From contig CBDCFW010000005.1 in the NCBI GenBank assembly GCA_965216465.1, forward strand, positions 288,001 through 352,000: a stretch of 64,000 nt of DNA, given 5' to 3'. The notes beneath the pieces were generated by a model. That model made no database searches. It was not told the DNA's origin and saw only the letters and a program-made list of their open reading frames with translations. Position numbers and translations under genes: made by a program. Positions within the stretch are counted from its first letter, which is position 1. Every line of letters begins with the position of its first letter. Below are positions 31,734-43,590 of this stretch, piece by piece. The DNA comes from Bacteroidia bacterium (GTDB taxonomy: Bacteria; Bacteroidota; Bacteroidia; NS11-12g; UBA9320).

Positions 31734-32480
31734 CTACTTAATGAGGCTTGATTTTAGGAACTCACGATTCATTCTTGCGATGTTTTCTAAAGAAATTCCT
31801 TTAGGACATTCAATCTCACAAGCGCCTGTGTTTGTGCAGTTTCCGAATCCTTCAGCATCCATTTGAGCAACCATATTCTGAGCTCTTTCTTTAGCTTCAA
31901 CTTGTCCTTGAGGCAAAAGTGCATACTGCGAGATCTTTGCTCCTACGAATAACATTGCACTACTGTTTTTACAGGTTGCAACACATGCTCCACACCCAAT
32001 ACAAGCTGCTGCATCCATTGATAAATCTGCATTTTCTTTACGAATTGGAAGTGCATTTGCATCCTGAGTATTTCCAGAAGTATTTACTGAAATATACCCT
32101 CCAGCTTGTTGTATTCTTTCGAAAGAAGAACGATCAACAACCAAGTCTTTTATCACAGGGAACGCTTTAGCTCTAAAAGGCTCAATGTAGATGGTATCTC
32201 CATCCTTAAACGTTCTCATGTGCAACTGACAGGTGGTTGTGCCTCTAGAAGGACCGTGCGCTTCTCCATTGATAAACATCGAACAAGTACCACAAATACC
32301 TTCTCTACAATCATGATCAAAGGCAATAGGCTCTTCTCCTTCATTAACCAATTTTTCGTTTAGCACATCCATCATTTCTAGAAATGACATATGCTCCGAA
32401 ATATCGGTTACTTTATAGTCCACCATTTTTCCTTTGTCTTGTGGACCTTTTTGTCTCCAGATCTTTAATGTTAAATTCAT
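31734..32480 (-). CDS. sdhB: Succinate dehydrogenase/fumarate reductase iron-sulfur subunit
   Basis: [32 protein letters not shown]. Confidence 0.97.
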   Translation of the reverse strand: MNLTLKIWRQKGPQDKGKMVDYKVTDISEHMSFLEMMDVLNEKLVNEGEEPIAFDHDCREGICGTCSMFINGEAHGPSRGTTTCQLHMRTFKDGDTIYIEPFRAKAFPVIKDLVVDRSSFERIQQAGGYISVNTSGNTQDANALPIRKENADLSMDAAACIGCGACVATCKNSSAMLFVGAKISQYALLPQGQVEAKERAQNMVAQMDAEGFGNCTNTGACEIECPKGISLENIARMNREFLKSSLIK

Positions 32481-32482
32481 AA

Positions 32483-34486
32483 CTATTTGTAGCTTCTTGT
32501 TTTTAGTTCAATATCGTTAAACTCTAATTCTTCTTTGTGCAATATTGCTTCACTTGGCTTGCCTGTATATTCCCAAGCGGCAACATAAGCATATCCTGCG
32601 TCGTCACGTAACGCCTCTCCTTCTTCTGTTTGGAACTCTTCTCTGAAGTGTCCTCCACAACTCTCATTTCGTTCCATTGCGTCTCTTGCGAACAACTCTC
32701 CCAGCTCTAGGAAGTCTGCAACTCGTCCCGCTTTTTCAAGTTCTGGATTTAATTCATTAGCACCTCCAGGTACTTTAACATTTTTCCAGAAATCTTCTCT
32801 TAACTCAGCAATTTCTTTAATAGCTTCTTTAAGACCTTGCTCATTTCTTGCCATACCACACTTGTTCCACATAATGTTTCCAAGACGTTTGTGATACCAA
32901 TCAACTGAGTGCTCACCTTTGTTATTTACAAAGAAATCTATACGGTCTTTTACCTCTTTTTCTGCTGCATCAAATTCTGGAGAGTCCGTTGAAATTTTTC
33001 CAGTTCTGATATCATTCGCTAGGTAGTCACCAATAGTATATGGAAGTACAAAATAACCATCAGCCAAACCTTGCATCAATGCAGAAGCTCCAAGCCTGTT
33101 AGCTCCATGATCAGAGAAATTAGCTTCTCCAATTGCATAACAACCCGGAATGGTAGTCATCAAGTTGTAGTCAACCCAAATTCCTCCCATAGTATAATGC
33201 ACAGCCGGATAAATCATCATTGGAGTTTTGTAAGGATTTTGGTCTGTAATCTTCTCGTACATCTCAAAAAGGTTACCATATTTGGCTTCAACAATTCCTT
33301 CACCAAGCTCTCTGATTCGAGCTTCTGAAGCACTCGTTTCTCCTTTAATTGTTGCCTGTTCTTTACCGTAGCGCATAATCGCAGAAGCAAAGTCAAGATA
33401 AACTGCTTCACCAGTAGCGTTTACACCAAACCCGGCATCGCAACGTTCTTTAGCTGCTCTACTCGCAACATCTCTTGGAACCAAGTTTCCGAACGCTGGA
33501 TATCTTCGTTCAAGGTAATAATCTCTATCTTCTTCTGCTAGATCAGTCGGCTTCTTTTTACCTGCTCGTATCGCCTCAACATCTTCCATTTTTTTAGGAA
33601 CCCAGATTCTTCCATCGTTACGCAATGACTCTGACATCAAGGTCAATTTCGATTGGTAATCTCCACTACGTGGGATGCAAGTAGGGTGAATTTGAGTATA
33701 AGCTGGATTCGCAAAGTAGGCTCCTTTTTTATGAATCTTCCACGCTGCGGTAGCATTACTTCCCATCGCATTGGTCGAAAGGAAGTATACATTTCCGTAA
33801 CCTCCAGAACCAATTACAACGGCATGAGCCGAGTGTCTTTCAATTTCTCCGGTAACAAGATTTCTTGCGATAATACCTCTGGCCTTTCCATCAACAACTA
33901 CAACATCTAGCATCTCATGACGGTTAAACATCTCGATTTTACCTCTAGCAATTTGTCTATTCATTGCTGAATAAGCCCCAAGCAGTAATTGCTGACCGGT
34001 TTGTCCTTTTGCATAAAAGGTACGAGATACCAAAACCCCTCCAAACGAACGATTGTCAAGCAATCCACCATAATCTCTTGCAAATGGAACACCTTGTGCT
34101 ACACATTGATCGATAATGTTGGCTGAAACCTCAGCCAAACGGTAAACATTTGCTTCTCTTGAGCGATAGTCCCCTCCTTTTACCGTGTCATAAAACAATC
34201 GGTAAGTTGAATCGCCATCGCCTTGATAATTTTTAGCTGCGTTAATTCCACCTTGAGCTGCAATAGAGTGAGCTCTTCTAGGAGAATCTTGGTAGCAAAA
34301 CGCTTTCACGTTGTAACCTAGCTCTGCTAAGGTCGCAGCGGCTGAGCCTCCTGCTAGACCGGTTCCTACAACAATAACGTCGATGTTTCTCTTGTTCGCA
34401 GGGTTAACCAGATTAATATTGTCCTTGTAAGTAGTCCACTTATCTTTAATTGGACCTTTAGGTACTTTACTGTCTAATGTTGCCAT
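32483..34486 (-). CDS. sdhA: Succinate dehydrogenase/fumarate reductase flavoprotein subunit
   Basis: [16 protein letters not shown] (covalent FAD His), [17 protein letters not shown]. Confidence 0.97.
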   Translation of the reverse strand: MATLDSKVPKGPIKDKWTTYKDNINLVNPANKRNIDVIVVGTGLAGGSAAATLAELGYNVKAFCYQDSPRRAHSIAAQGGINAAKNYQGDGDSTYRLFYDTVKGGDYRSREANVYRLAEVSANIIDQCVAQGVPFARDYGGLLDNRSFGGVLVSRTFYAKGQTGQQLLLGAYSAMNRQIARGKIEMFNRHEMLDVVVVDGKARGIIARNLVTGEIERHSAHAVVIGSGGYGNVYFLSTNAMGSNATAAWKIHKKGAYFANPAYTQIHPTCIPRSGDYQSKLTLMSESLRNDGRIWVPKKMEDVEAIRAGKKKPTDLAEEDRDYYLERRYPAFGNLVPRDVASRAAKERCDAGFGVNATGEAVYLDFASAIMRYGKEQATIKGETSASEARIRELGEGIVEAKYGNLFEMYEKITDQNPYKTPMMIYPAVHYTMGGIWVDYNLMTTIPGCYAIGEANFSDHGANRLGASALMQGLADGYFVLPYTIGDYLANDIRTGKISTDSPEFDAAEKEVKDRIDFFVNNKGEHSVDWYHKRLGNIMWNKCGMARNEQGLKEAIKEIAELREDFWKNVKVPGGANELNPELEKAGRVADFLELGELFARDAMERNESCGGHFREEFQTEEGEALRDDAGYAYVAAWEYTGKPSEAILHKEELEFNDIELKTRSYK

Positions 34487-34504
34487 GTTTAAGTTCTATC
34501 TGTG

Positions 34505-35188
34505 TTATTGATTGATGTAATGAAATAATGCAATGATGATAAATCCTAGAGGAACCACAATTGCAAATGCGTTTCCTAGTTTTTTAAGTACTGGAGTGTA
34601 CTTTCTGCTGTTGAATCCAACTGATTGGAATGATGATTGGAATCCGTGAAGCAAGTGAAGTGCTAAAAACACAAAAGAGATTATATATCCGAACACTCTT
34701 GCAGGATGACAAAACTGTCCTTGCAATTCTTCAAAGTAACGGTAGTGTCCATGCTCATTTAGTCCATCCATACTACCTTGGATGTATTTCGTATTCATTT
34801 CTGGAATCCAAAAATCCATAAAGTGCACTACCAAAAACGCAAGAACAACCAGACCTGAATAGATCATGTTTCTACTCATCCAGGTTGCATTTGCTGCACC
34901 ATTGTACTTCGCGTATTTCACTTGACGGGCATTTCTGTTTTGCATTTCAATTACCATACCCATGACAAAGTGAAATATCACCCCAAAGATTAACACCGGT
35001 TGCAAGATCCCTTGAATCATTGCATTAGTACCCATAAAATGGGAAGCAGTGTTAAATAAATCTTCGCTCACTAACGACATCATATTCACTGAAAGGTGGA
35101 TGATCAGAAACGACATTAAGAAGAGTCCGGATAGTGCCATAAGCACCTTTCTTACGATACTCGACATTCTATTTTTCTTTTCAGACAT
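34505..35188 (-). CDS. sdhC: Succinate dehydrogenase cytochrome b subunit
   Basis: KVLMALSG, five TM helices with His ligands, HLLHGFQSSFQS. Confidence 0.95.
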   Translation of the reverse strand: MSEKKNRMSSIVRKVLMALSGLFLMSFLIIHLSVNMMSLVSEDLFNTASHFMGTNAMIQGILQPVLIFGVIFHFVMGMVIEMQNRNARQVKYAKYNGAANATWMSRNMIYSGLVVLAFLVVHFMDFWIPEMNTKYIQGSMDGLNEHGHYRYFEELQGQFCHPARVFGYIISFVFLALHLLHGFQSSFQSVGFNSRKYTPVLKKLGNAFAIVVPLGFIIIALFHYINQ

Positions 35189-35280
35189 AGTTGTTATTAA
35201 AACGGCAAATTTAATATGTTGTTTAGAACCATCTAAACTTTATTTTGATATTAAAATTGTTCTAAATAACCTTTGCCGCG

Positions 35281-36294
35281 ATGTATTCAATTTTAAGGAA
35301 TCTATTATTTCTTCTTACCCCCGAAAAGGCCCACTATTTTACAATGAGAATGTTCAAATTAGTGATGAATATTCCCTTCGTATCGTCTTCTTTTAAAATT
35401 CCAGAATCTTCATTTGAAGTTGATGGGCTGACATACAAAAACAAAGTTGGACTTGCTGCAGGATTTGATAAAGACGGAAAATTTCTTAAGCAATTGAATG
35501 CACTAAATTTTGGATTTATTGAAGTAGGTACAGTAACGCCTAAACCACAAAGCGGAAACCCAAAACCCCGACTGTTTAGACTGAAAAAAGACCGAGCAAT
35601 TATTAATCGTATGGGCTTTAACAACGAAGGCATTAAAGCACTCAAATCAAGGCTAATCAAATTCAGAAAAACAGAACGTGACTGCAACATGCAAATTGGT
35701 GTTAACATAGGCAAAAACAAAACTACGCCGAACGAAAATGCGGTTGACGATTATGTTAAATGTTACGAAGAGCTGTACGAACTTGCAGACTTTTTTGTAG
35801 TAAATGTTAGCTCACCAAATACACCAAACTTGAGAGAACTTCAAGACAAAGGAGAGCTTAAGAAAATTATTGGGGCCTTACTTGCTATCCGCAAAACTCA
35901 AGAGAAGTGGAAGCCGCTTTATCTTAAAATAGCGCCAGACTTGACCTTTTCTCAACTCGATGAAATCATAGAATTGCAACAAGAATTAAACTTTGAAGGC
36001 ATCGTCGCAACCAATACGAGTATCGATAGAAGTCTAATTAAAAACACCAATCACCGTTTGGTAGAACAAATTGGAGCTGGTGGGTTAAGTGGAGCCCCTG
36101 TTCTCGATGTTGCAAATTCATTTGTGAGTTACATCAGAAATAAATCTAAAATGACCATTATTGGAGTTGGTGGAATTGACTCGATAGAATCAGGCCAATC
36201 TAAATTTGATGCGGGCGCAGATTTAATCGAAGTTTACACCGGCTTCATTTATGCCGGTCCAGGAATTGTTAAAAAGTTAGCAAGCTTGAACTAA
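35281..36294 (+). CDS. pyrD: Quinone-dependent dihydroorotate dehydrogenase
   Basis: GLAAGFDK, NRMGFNN, NVSSPNTP, KIAPD. Confidence 0.98.
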   Translation: MYSILRNLLFLLTPEKAHYFTMRMFKLVMNIPFVSSSFKIPESSFEVDGLTYKNKVGLAAGFDKDGKFLKQLNALNFGFIEVGTVTPKPQSGNPKPRLFRLKKDRAIINRMGFNNEGIKALKSRLIKFRKTERDCNMQIGVNIGKNKTTPNENAVDDYVKCYEELYELADFFVVNVSSPNTPNLRELQDKGELKKIIGALLAIRKTQEKWKPLYLKIAPDLTFSQLDEIIELQQELNFEGIVATNTSIDRSLIKNTNHRLVEQIGAGGLSGAPVLDVANSFVSYIRNKSKMTIIGVGGIDSIESGQSKFDAGADLIEVYTGFIYAGPGIVKKLASLN

Positions 36295-37253
36295 TTACCT
36301 GCTTCAGCTTTTTCTTTTTCCTTATCTGCCTTTTTAGAACCTCTACTTGTTAATGAGAAATAACGTTTAGGGTATTTTTCAATGTCTTCAATCAAGCTTT
36401 TAAGTTTGATAATTGTACCATCTAAATCATTATACATCTGCTTATCGTTGACCAATAATCCCAATGACCCTTCACTGTTGTTGATGGCTGATGTAGTTTT
36501 CTCCAACTCTGTTGCTAATGACTTGATTTGATTTGCCAAAGCCTCAAATTCAATAGCAGCAATGTCTTGACTTGTTGAATCGATATCCGTTAGAATTTGA
36601 TCAATTTTAGGAGACAATCCCTTTAAATTGCGTGTTGTTTCTTCAACATTCGTAAGTATAGCATCGATTTGTTCTCCTTTACCATCCAATAGTTTGTTTA
36701 GTTTGTCTGCAGTCTCTTTGAATGAGTGCAAGGCAATAGAAGCATCCTTAAGCGTAGATTCAAGGTCAGCCCCAGCAATCGCAGTATCAATGTCATTTAG
36801 AACATGTCCGATACTTTTAGTCAATGGAGTTAACACATCACTCACGGCTTGGGCGATTCCTTGATCTTGAGTTGCGATTAGATAATCGCCACTTTGAGCA
36901 AGTGCCGTTGTATCTCCGAATATGATTTCAATTGCTTTAGAACCAATCATATCGTAGTTCACAATCTTCATTACTGAGTTAGCGGGAATCTTAATGTCGT
37001 TTGGCAGCTGAATTCCTACGGTTAACATGAGTGTCTCATTGTCCATTTGAACAGAACTTACCGAACCTACCTTGTATCCTCTTATCAACACAGGGTTGGA
37101 TGCAAATAATCCTTCGATCTTCTCATACTCTCCATAGTAATAGTTCGTTGAAGTGAATAGATTTTTACCTTGTAGGAAATTATACCCTATAATCAGTAAT
37201 GTTATTGATATTGCGGCTAATACTCCGACTTTTGTTTCTTTAGAAATACTCAT
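36291..37253 (-). CDS. MlaD/MCE family protein
   Basis: ETKVG-TM, GL...NPV...GYKVGSV MCE domain, helical tail GSLGLLVND. Confidence 0.9.
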   Translation of the reverse strand: MSISKETKVGVLAAISITLLIIGYNFLQGKNLFTSTNYYYGEYEKIEGLFASNPVLIRGYKVGSVSSVQMDNETLMLTVGIQLPNDIKIPANSVMKIVNYDMIGSKAIEIIFGDTTALAQSGDYLIATQDQGIAQAVSDVLTPLTKSIGHVLNDIDTAIAGADLESTLKDASIALHSFKETADKLNKLLDGKGEQIDAILTNVEETTRNLKGLSPKIDQILTDIDSTSQDIAAIEFEALANQIKSLATELEKTTSAINNSEGSLGLLVNDKQMYNDLDGTIIKLKSLIEDIEKYPKRYFSLTSRGSKKADKEKEKAEAGN

Positions 37254-37275
37254 TTTATCTCAACCCAATTGGTTT

Positions 37276-38076
37276 TCAGTTATTTGCTTGTTCTAATTGT
37301 TCTTTATAAGCTTTAACCGCCTCAAATATATTGTATGCGGTTTCTTTTTCGCCGATTTCACTGGTTAAATAATCCTCATTTTGTTGATTAGTCAGAAATC
37401 CAGACTCTATTAAGACACTTGGCATGGTTGTTTGCCACAACACGGCGAAGTTTGCTTGCTTTACCCCCAAATTAATCTTAGTGCCATTCTTCGTTTGATG
37501 ATGTTGCACCAAACTAGCGAAAGAAATGCTCCTTTCCTGAAACGTGTTTTGCTGCATACTTAGTATGATATGAGCCTCAGGGTCATTTGCGTGAAGATCT
37601 TCGCGAGCACCTGGCAATTCAATATCTCCATTCTCTCTTTTAACCAAATTTAGATTCGCGTTTGATTTGTCTAACCCCATAACATAGGTTTCAAATCCTT
37701 TTATTCCTGTGTTGGTATGTGCGTTGCAATGTATCGAAATAAATAAATCGGCTTGTGCTGTGTTTGCAATGCTCGCACGGCGCTTCAGATCCACATATCG
37801 ATCTGTTTTACGTGTATATACCACATCAACATCACCTAAGCTATCTTCTAAAATCTTTCCTAATGCCAAAGCAATCGACAATGAAACTTCTTTTTCTTGC
37901 GAATGAGACCCAATGCAACCTGGGTCTTTTCCTCCATGTCCGGCATCAATAACTATGGTCTTTATCGAAGATTTTTGTTGTTTCAAAGCATCTGAGCTGC
38001 CTAACATCGAAATGCCAATAAGAAATATCATTAAAATGACTTTAGACACGTTCTTTGTACAATATAAGTTGTTCAT
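37276..38076 (-). CDS. N-acetylmuramoyl-L-alanine amidase (Amidase_3)
   Basis: IDAGHGGKDPG, FISIHCNA, PSVLIESGF; ATG 38076 preferred. Confidence 0.95.
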   Translation of the reverse strand: MNNLYCTKNVSKVILMIFLIGISMLGSSDALKQQKSSIKTIVIDAGHGGKDPGCIGSHSQEKEVSLSIALALGKILEDSLGDVDVVYTRKTDRYVDLKRRASIANTAQADLFISIHCNAHTNTGIKGFETYVMGLDKSNANLNLVKRENGDIELPGAREDLHANDPEAHIILSMQQNTFQERSISFASLVQHHQTKNGTKINLGVKQANFAVLWQTTMPSVLIESGFLTNQQNEDYLTSEIGEKETAYNIFEAVKAYKEQLEQANN

Positions 38077-38115
38077 TTGCAGCACAGATTGAAGCCTTTT
38101 ATCGAAAAAGTATAA

Positions 38116-40761
38116 TTGAGCAATTCTAGGAAAACATATCTTCAATTCGTTCAAAATCAGTTGGTTTTATTTCAACGAGTCCTTTTGCTTTGTGGCTTAT
38201 TTTGTACACCATTTTTAAGCAACGCTCAGATTGAGATACCAGATATTTCTGATACAACTTCAACCTATTCCGACACCCTTGGAAGAGATAGCTTGGGCTT
38301 TCATATTGCAAACCACGAATCAAGTTTAGAAGATATTGTTGAATACCAAGCCGATGATTCTATTGTAATGAACCTTCAAGAGAAAAAGGCTTATTTGTAT
38401 GGCAATGCTCAAATCTTTTATCAAGACATTAAACTTAAAGCCCGATACATTGAAGTAGACTTCGACAGCAAGGATGTTTTTGCAGCAGGAACTTACAACG
38501 ATTCAACCCAAGCTTATGAGGGCAGACCTGAATTTGATGACGATGGTAAAATCTATGAAGCCGACACCATGCGTTATAATTTTGGAACGAAAAAGGGGAT
38601 CTCTTATGGTGTGCTTACCACTGAAGAAGATGGCTACATTCATGGTGAACGAGTTCTTCGAGACAGTTTTGAGAACATCTACGTGAAGAATGCAAAATTC
38701 ACTACTTGCAACCTGCCTGACCCTCACTTTTATATCAAAGCCGACAAGATCAAAGTCGTTCCGAAAAAACAAATTGTTACCGGACCTGCAAACCTGGTAA
38801 TTGAAGACATTAATACGCCTTTGGTCGTGCCTTTTGGCTTTTTCCCGATTCCTGAAAAGCAACAACACGGAATATTGTTTCCTTCTTTTGGAGAGTCTGC
38901 CGAGCGGGGATTCAATCTCCGTGGACTGGGATACTACTTCCCCATAAATCAGTACTTCGACTTGCAAGTAGCAGGAGATTTCTATTTTAGAGGAAGCTGG
39001 GGTGTTTCTGTTCGATCAAATTACTACAAACGCTATCGATATAGAGGAAATCTATCGTTTACCTATAACCTAAACGAGTTTAACGAACCTGAATCACCTT
39101 CGTACCGCGTTTCTAATGACTACAAGCTCAACTGGACCTTCAATAGAGATCAAAAAGCAAAACCAGGAAGTAGTTTTAGTGCCAATGTGAACTTTGTAAC
39201 TAGCAACTTCCTTAAAAATAATACTACAAACTACCAAGATATTATTAGCACCACTTCAGTATCGAGTGTGAGTTATGCCAAAGGTTTCTTTAACAATAAA
39301 TTGAATCTGAGTTTAAACTCTAATATGAATCAGAATTTAGGAACCGGAAGCTTAGACTTAACCCTGCCACAATTAACTGCTAACGTTTCGCGTCAATACC
39401 CTTTCAAGAAATTCAATTCGAAGAATAAAACATTGCGAAGCTTCATGAGAAACTTTGGTATTTACTATACTGGAGCTTTCAGAAATGAAATTAGCACGCA
39501 AGACACAACTTTAATAAGCGGTATTGGTGAAGTATTTGATAATTCTCCTAGTCCAAATCCGTCTAACCTGTTAAACGACTTTAGAAACGGAGTAAGCCAC
39601 ACCATTCCGTTTAGTACCTCGTTCAAGGCTTTTAAGTGGATTACGGTTTCTCCAAACTTTGACTTTAAAGAAAACTGGTATTTCAGAACTACCGAAAAAA
39701 CATGGGATGATTCTGGTGATTCGTTAATCGTTAACGACAACGTAAAAGGTTTTGAGCGCCAATACACTTATGGAACTTCAGTAGGTTTTTCAACTATTCT
39801 TTATGGTTTAAAACAATTCAAATCGGGCAGACTTAAAGCCATACGGCATGTAATGAGACCTAATGTATCAGCTGTTTGGAATCCAGATTTTAATACGGGT
39901 GAAGAAAATGGATTTAGAACTTATACCGACTCCAACCTTGTGATGCAGTCGTATTCGATTTATGAGAATGGCATTTTTCCTCGACTCAGCAGAGGACCTC
40001 AAGCTTCACTAAACTTTGGAGTAGGAAACAACCTCGAGATTAAAGTTCTAAGCAAAAAAGACACAGCGAACGGCGGAGTAAAGAAGGTTAAGATTATTGA
40101 AAGCATGAATGTGGGAAGTGGATATAATTTCTTAGCGGATTCTTTCCACTTGGCCGACTTTAGAATTAGCGGTAACACCACTATTTTAAACAAGATAAGA
40201 ATGACTTTTGGAACAACTATTGACCCCTATCGATACGACTCAACTGGAGGGGTAGTGCGAAGAGTGGATGAGTACATCTGGAAATCTGCTCCAAAATTTG
40301 GTCAAATGACTCGTTCAAATGTTTCGATTTCTACAAACTTGAATCCACAGGCATTTAAGAAGAAAACTTCTGACAATGTTAATGACCAAGAGTTAGAGCA
40401 CATCAACAACAACTTAAATGATTATGTTGATTTCAATATTCCTTGGAGTTTGAACTTAAACTATAATTTGGTTGCCAATACCCCAGCTCTAAGAGAATCA
40501 ACCATAACTCAAAGTGTTACATTTAATGGTGATGTCAAGCTAACCGATAATTGGAAAATTGGATTGAGCAGCGGTTACGACATTTCTCGAAAAGAGCTTG
40601 CGTTTACATCTCTTGACTTTTTCAGAGATCTGCACTGCTGGCAAATGACTTTTAGATGGTATCCTATTCAGCGTCAAATGTTTGAGTTCACCATTCAGGT
40701 TAAATCAAGCACTCTACAAGATCTTAAACTCAATAGAAGAAGATCGTGGTGGGATCTATAG
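38116..40761 (+). CDS. lptD: Putative LPS assembly protein LptD
   Basis: YQADDSI...LYGNA, FTTC...PHFY, beta-barrel, RDLHCW C-terminus; start uncertain (TTG 38116 or 38161). Confidence 0.9.
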   Translation: MSNSRKTYLQFVQNQLVLFQRVLLLCGLFCTPFLSNAQIEIPDISDTTSTYSDTLGRDSLGFHIANHESSLEDIVEYQADDSIVMNLQEKKAYLYGNAQIFYQDIKLKARYIEVDFDSKDVFAAGTYNDSTQAYEGRPEFDDDGKIYEADTMRYNFGTKKGISYGVLTTEEDGYIHGERVLRDSFENIYVKNAKFTTCNLPDPHFYIKADKIKVVPKKQIVTGPANLVIEDINTPLVVPFGFFPIPEKQQHGILFPSFGESAERGFNLRGLGYYFPINQYFDLQVAGDFYFRGSWGVSVRSNYYKRYRYRGNLSFTYNLNEFNEPESPSYRVSNDYKLNWTFNRDQKAKPGSSFSANVNFVTSNFLKNNTTNYQDIISTTSVSSVSYAKGFFNNKLNLSLNSNMNQNLGTGSLDLTLPQLTANVSRQYPFKKFNSKNKTLRSFMRNFGIYYTGAFRNEISTQDTTLISGIGEVFDNSPSPNPSNLLNDFRNGVSHTIPFSTSFKAFKWITVSPNFDFKENWYFRTTEKTWDDSGDSLIVNDNVKGFERQYTYGTSVGFSTILYGLKQFKSGRLKAIRHVMRPNVSAVWNPDFNTGEENGFRTYTDSNLVMQSYSIYENGIFPRLSRGPQASLNFGVGNNLEIKVLSKKDTANGGVKKVKIIESMNVGSGYNFLADSFHLADFRISGNTTILNKIRMTFGTTIDPYRYDSTGGVVRRVDEYIWKSAPKFGQMTRSNVSISTNLNPQAFKKKTSDNVNDQELEHINNNLNDYVDFNIPWSLNLNYNLVANTPALRESTITQSVTFNGDVKLTDNWKIGLSSGYDISRKELAFTSLDFFRDLHCWQMTFRWYPIQRQMFEFTIQVKSSTLQDLKLNRRRSWWDL

Positions 40762-40764
40762 CAG

Positions 40765-43590
40765 TTATTTCAACTCGTCTTTTAAGAATTTTGCGGTATA
40801 ACCGATGTCTTTCTTAACAACATCTTCAGGTGTTCCTGTCACAAGTACTTCTCCTCCTCCACTTCCACCTTCTGGGCCCAGATCAATAATCCAATCTGCA
40901 ACCTTAACCACATCTAGATTGTGCTCAATAACTAATACCGTATTTCCGAGTTCAACTAAGTTTTGAAGAACACCTAACAATTGATTTATATCGTCGAAGT
41001 GAAGACCCGTAGTTGGTTCATCAAGGATATAAAAGGTTTTTCCAGTACTAATTTTCGATAGTTCAGAAGCTAGTTTTACGCGTTGTGCTTCTCCTCCAGA
41101 AATTGTTGTACTGCTCTGTCCTAAACTAATATATCCCAATCCAACATCTTGTATGGCCTTAATTTTTCTATAAATACTAGGAACAGAATCGAAGAACTCA
41201 ACAGCCTCATCTACCGTCATATCTAGAACATCACTTATGCTCTTGTTCTTATAACGAATTTCTAGCGTTTCGCGGTTATAGCGCTTTCCACGGCATGTTT
41301 CACATTCGACCAAAACATCTGGAAGGAAATTCATTTCAATAACACGTTGGCCACCACCTTTGCAGGTTTCACATCTTCCTCCCTTTACATTAAAGCTAAA
41401 TCGACCAGGCTTATACCCTCTAATTTTAGATTCAGGAATCTCTGCAAAGAGGTTTCTGATATCCGAAAAGAAGCCAACATAAGTAGCTGGATTACTCCGA
41501 GGAGTTCGTCCAATTGGTGATTGATTTATGGTTATCACCTTGTCTATATGCTCTAGCCCTTTAATCTTCTTATAAGGCAACGGTTTCTTTTGCGACCTGT
41601 AAATAAACTCGGAAAGAACGGGGTGTAAAGTTTCATTGATTAAGCTACTCTTCCCACTACCCGAAACTCCTGTCACAGCTATTAATTTCCCTAAAGGAAA
41701 ATCAACCGAAACGTTTTTAAGATTATTTCCGGTGCATCCTTGTAAGCTTAGTTTTTTACCATTCCCTTTTCTTCTTTTTTCAGGAATTTCAATGGACTTG
41801 TAACCTCCTAAATAGTCTGCTGTTGAAGTATGTTCGTGTTGAATGCTCTCCCAAGGACCACTTGCAACAATTTCACCACCATTTTTCCCAGCTCTTGGAC
41901 CAATATCAACAACGAAATCACTTTCAACGATCATTTCTTTATCGTGCTCGACCACAATAACAGAGTTTCCTATATCTCGCAAGTCTTTTAGCGATTGAAT
42001 CAGTCGATGATTATCGCGTTGGTGCAAACCGATGCTTGGCTCATCCAAAATATAAAGAACTTCTTCAAGTTGAGATCCAATTTGCGTTGCGAGTCGAATT
42101 CGTTGTGCTTCGCCCCCACTTAATGTTTTAGCGGAGTTGTTTAATGACAAATAAGAAAGACCTACATCAACTAAAAATTGAACGCGCTCTTTAATTTCTT
42201 TCAGCACTTCTAAACCTATAGTCTTTTGTCTATCGTCAAGAAATTCCTCAACATTTGCAAGCCAATTGTGAAGTTCTCCAATGCTTTTTTTACTGAGATC
42301 CGCGATATTAAAATCTCCAATTTTGTATGAAAGTGCTTCTTTATTCAGTCGCCCCCCTTTACATTCAGGACAGTCAACTACGGTCATAAACTCTTCTGCC
42401 CACTTACTTAAATTTCCGTAGTCTTTTTCGTGGTAGGCCTCCATGAGTGAAGGAATCAAACCCTTCCATCGGGTTTCATAAGTTTGAGAATAACCTGTGC
42501 TTCCTTTGTATTCAACTTCAAACTTCTCTTCAGAACCATGAAGAATAATATCGAGTACTGGCTTTGCAATTTCTGATACTGGCTTAGATAAGCTAAACTT
42601 GAGCTTTCTACTCATTGCCTTCAATTGTGTAAAAGTCCAATTGTCTTTAACATCTCCGAGGGGTGCAAGTCCACCTTTATTGATGCTAAGTTTTGGATTC
42701 GGAATAATGTGTTCAATGAGAATATCGGAAGCCGAACCTAGCCCACTACAAGTTGGGCACGCTCCATACGGTGAGTTAAAAGAAAACAAATTTGGTTGCG
42801 GCTCATTATACGACAAGCCTGTTTCAGGATCCATTAAATGCTTACTGAAATGACTTATTTCTTTCGTATCTGGATTTAGAATACTCACCACTCCTTTTCC
42901 GAGCTTAATTGCCGAACGGATGGAGTCGGTTACACGCATACTGCCCGCATCTTCGGGAGCAATCCTGTCAATAACCAAATCAATATCATGAACTTTATAT
43001 CGATCGAGTTGCATGCCCGGTTCTATATCCATCAATTCTCCATCAACCCACACCTTAGAATATCCACGTTTGCGATACTGTTCGAATACTTCGCGATAAT
43101 GTCCTTTTCTTCCTTTTACTAACGGGGAGAGAACAATCATTTTTTGCAATGAAAATTTATCATTGATTGTTGCAATGATTTCTTGCTCGGTAAAGCGCTG
43201 CATTCTTTTGCCTGAGAGGTAAGAGTAAGCCTCTCCTGCTCTAGCAAACAACAATCGAAGAAAATCGTAGACTTCGGTAATGGTTCCCACCGTACTGCGT
43301 GGATTCTTACTTACTGTTTTTTGTTCGATTGAAATTACTGGGCTTAAACCCTCAATTTTGTCAACATCAGGACGCTTCATATTGCCCACAAACTGGCGGG
43401 CGTATGCCGAAAATGTTTCCATGTAACGGCGTTGTCCTTCCGCAAAAATGGTATCAAAGGCAAGACTCGATTTACCACTTCCACTTAAACCAGTAAACAC
43501 TACCAATTTGTGTCTTGGAATTTCTAAATCTACATTCTTTAAATTGTGCTCTCTGGCTCCAATTATTTTTATGCTTTCTTGCTCGCTGAT
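40765..43590 (-). CDS. uvrA: Excinuclease ABC subunit A
   Basis: GLSGSGKSS, zinc fingers, LSGGEAQR. The conserved IIGAREHNLKN lies upstream of the track start (43506); the frame is open to ATC 43590. Confidence 0.98.
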   Translation of the reverse strand: MSEQESIKIIGAREHNLKNVDLEIPRHKLVVFTGLSGSGKSSLAFDTIFAEGQRRYMETFSAYARQFVGNMKRPDVDKIEGLSPVISIEQKTVSKNPRSTVGTITEVYDFLRLLFARAGEAYSYLSGKRMQRFTEQEIIATINDKFSLQKMIVLSPLVKGRKGHYREVFEQYRKRGYSKVWVDGELMDIEPGMQLDRYKVHDIDLVIDRIAPEDAGSMRVTDSIRSAIKLGKGVVSILNPDTKEISHFSKHLMDPETGLSYNEPQPNLFSFNSPYGACPTCSGLGSASDILIEHIIPNPKLSINKGGLAPLGDVKDNWTFTQLKAMSRKLKFSLSKPVSEIAKPVLDIILHGSEEKFEVEYKGSTGYSQTYETRWKGLIPSLMEAYHEKDYGNLSKWAEEFMTVVDCPECKGGRLNKEALSYKIGDFNIADLSKKSIGELHNWLANVEEFLDDRQKTIGLEVLKEIKERVQFLVDVGLSYLSLNNSAKTLSGGEAQRIRLATQIGSQLEEVLYILDEPSIGLHQRDNHRLIQSLKDLRDIGNSVIVVEHDKEMIVESDFVVDIGPRAGKNGGEIVASGPWESIQHEHTSTADYLGGYKSIEIPEKRRKGNGKKLSLQGCTGNNLKNVSVDFPLGKLIAVTGVSGSGKSSLINETLHPVLSEFIYRSQKKPLPYKKIKGLEHIDKVITINQSPIGRTPRSNPATYVGFFSDIRNLFAEIPESKIRGYKPGRFSFNVKGGRCETCKGGGQRVIEMNFLPDVLVECETCRGKRYNRETLEIRYKNKSISDVLDMTVDEAVEFFDSVPSIYRKIKAIQDVGLGYISLGQSSTTISGGEAQRVKLASELSKISTGKTFYILDEPTTGLHFDDINQLLGVLQNLVELGNTVLVIEHNLDVVKVADWIIDLGPEGGSGGGEVLVTGTPEDVVKKDIGYTAKFLKDELK

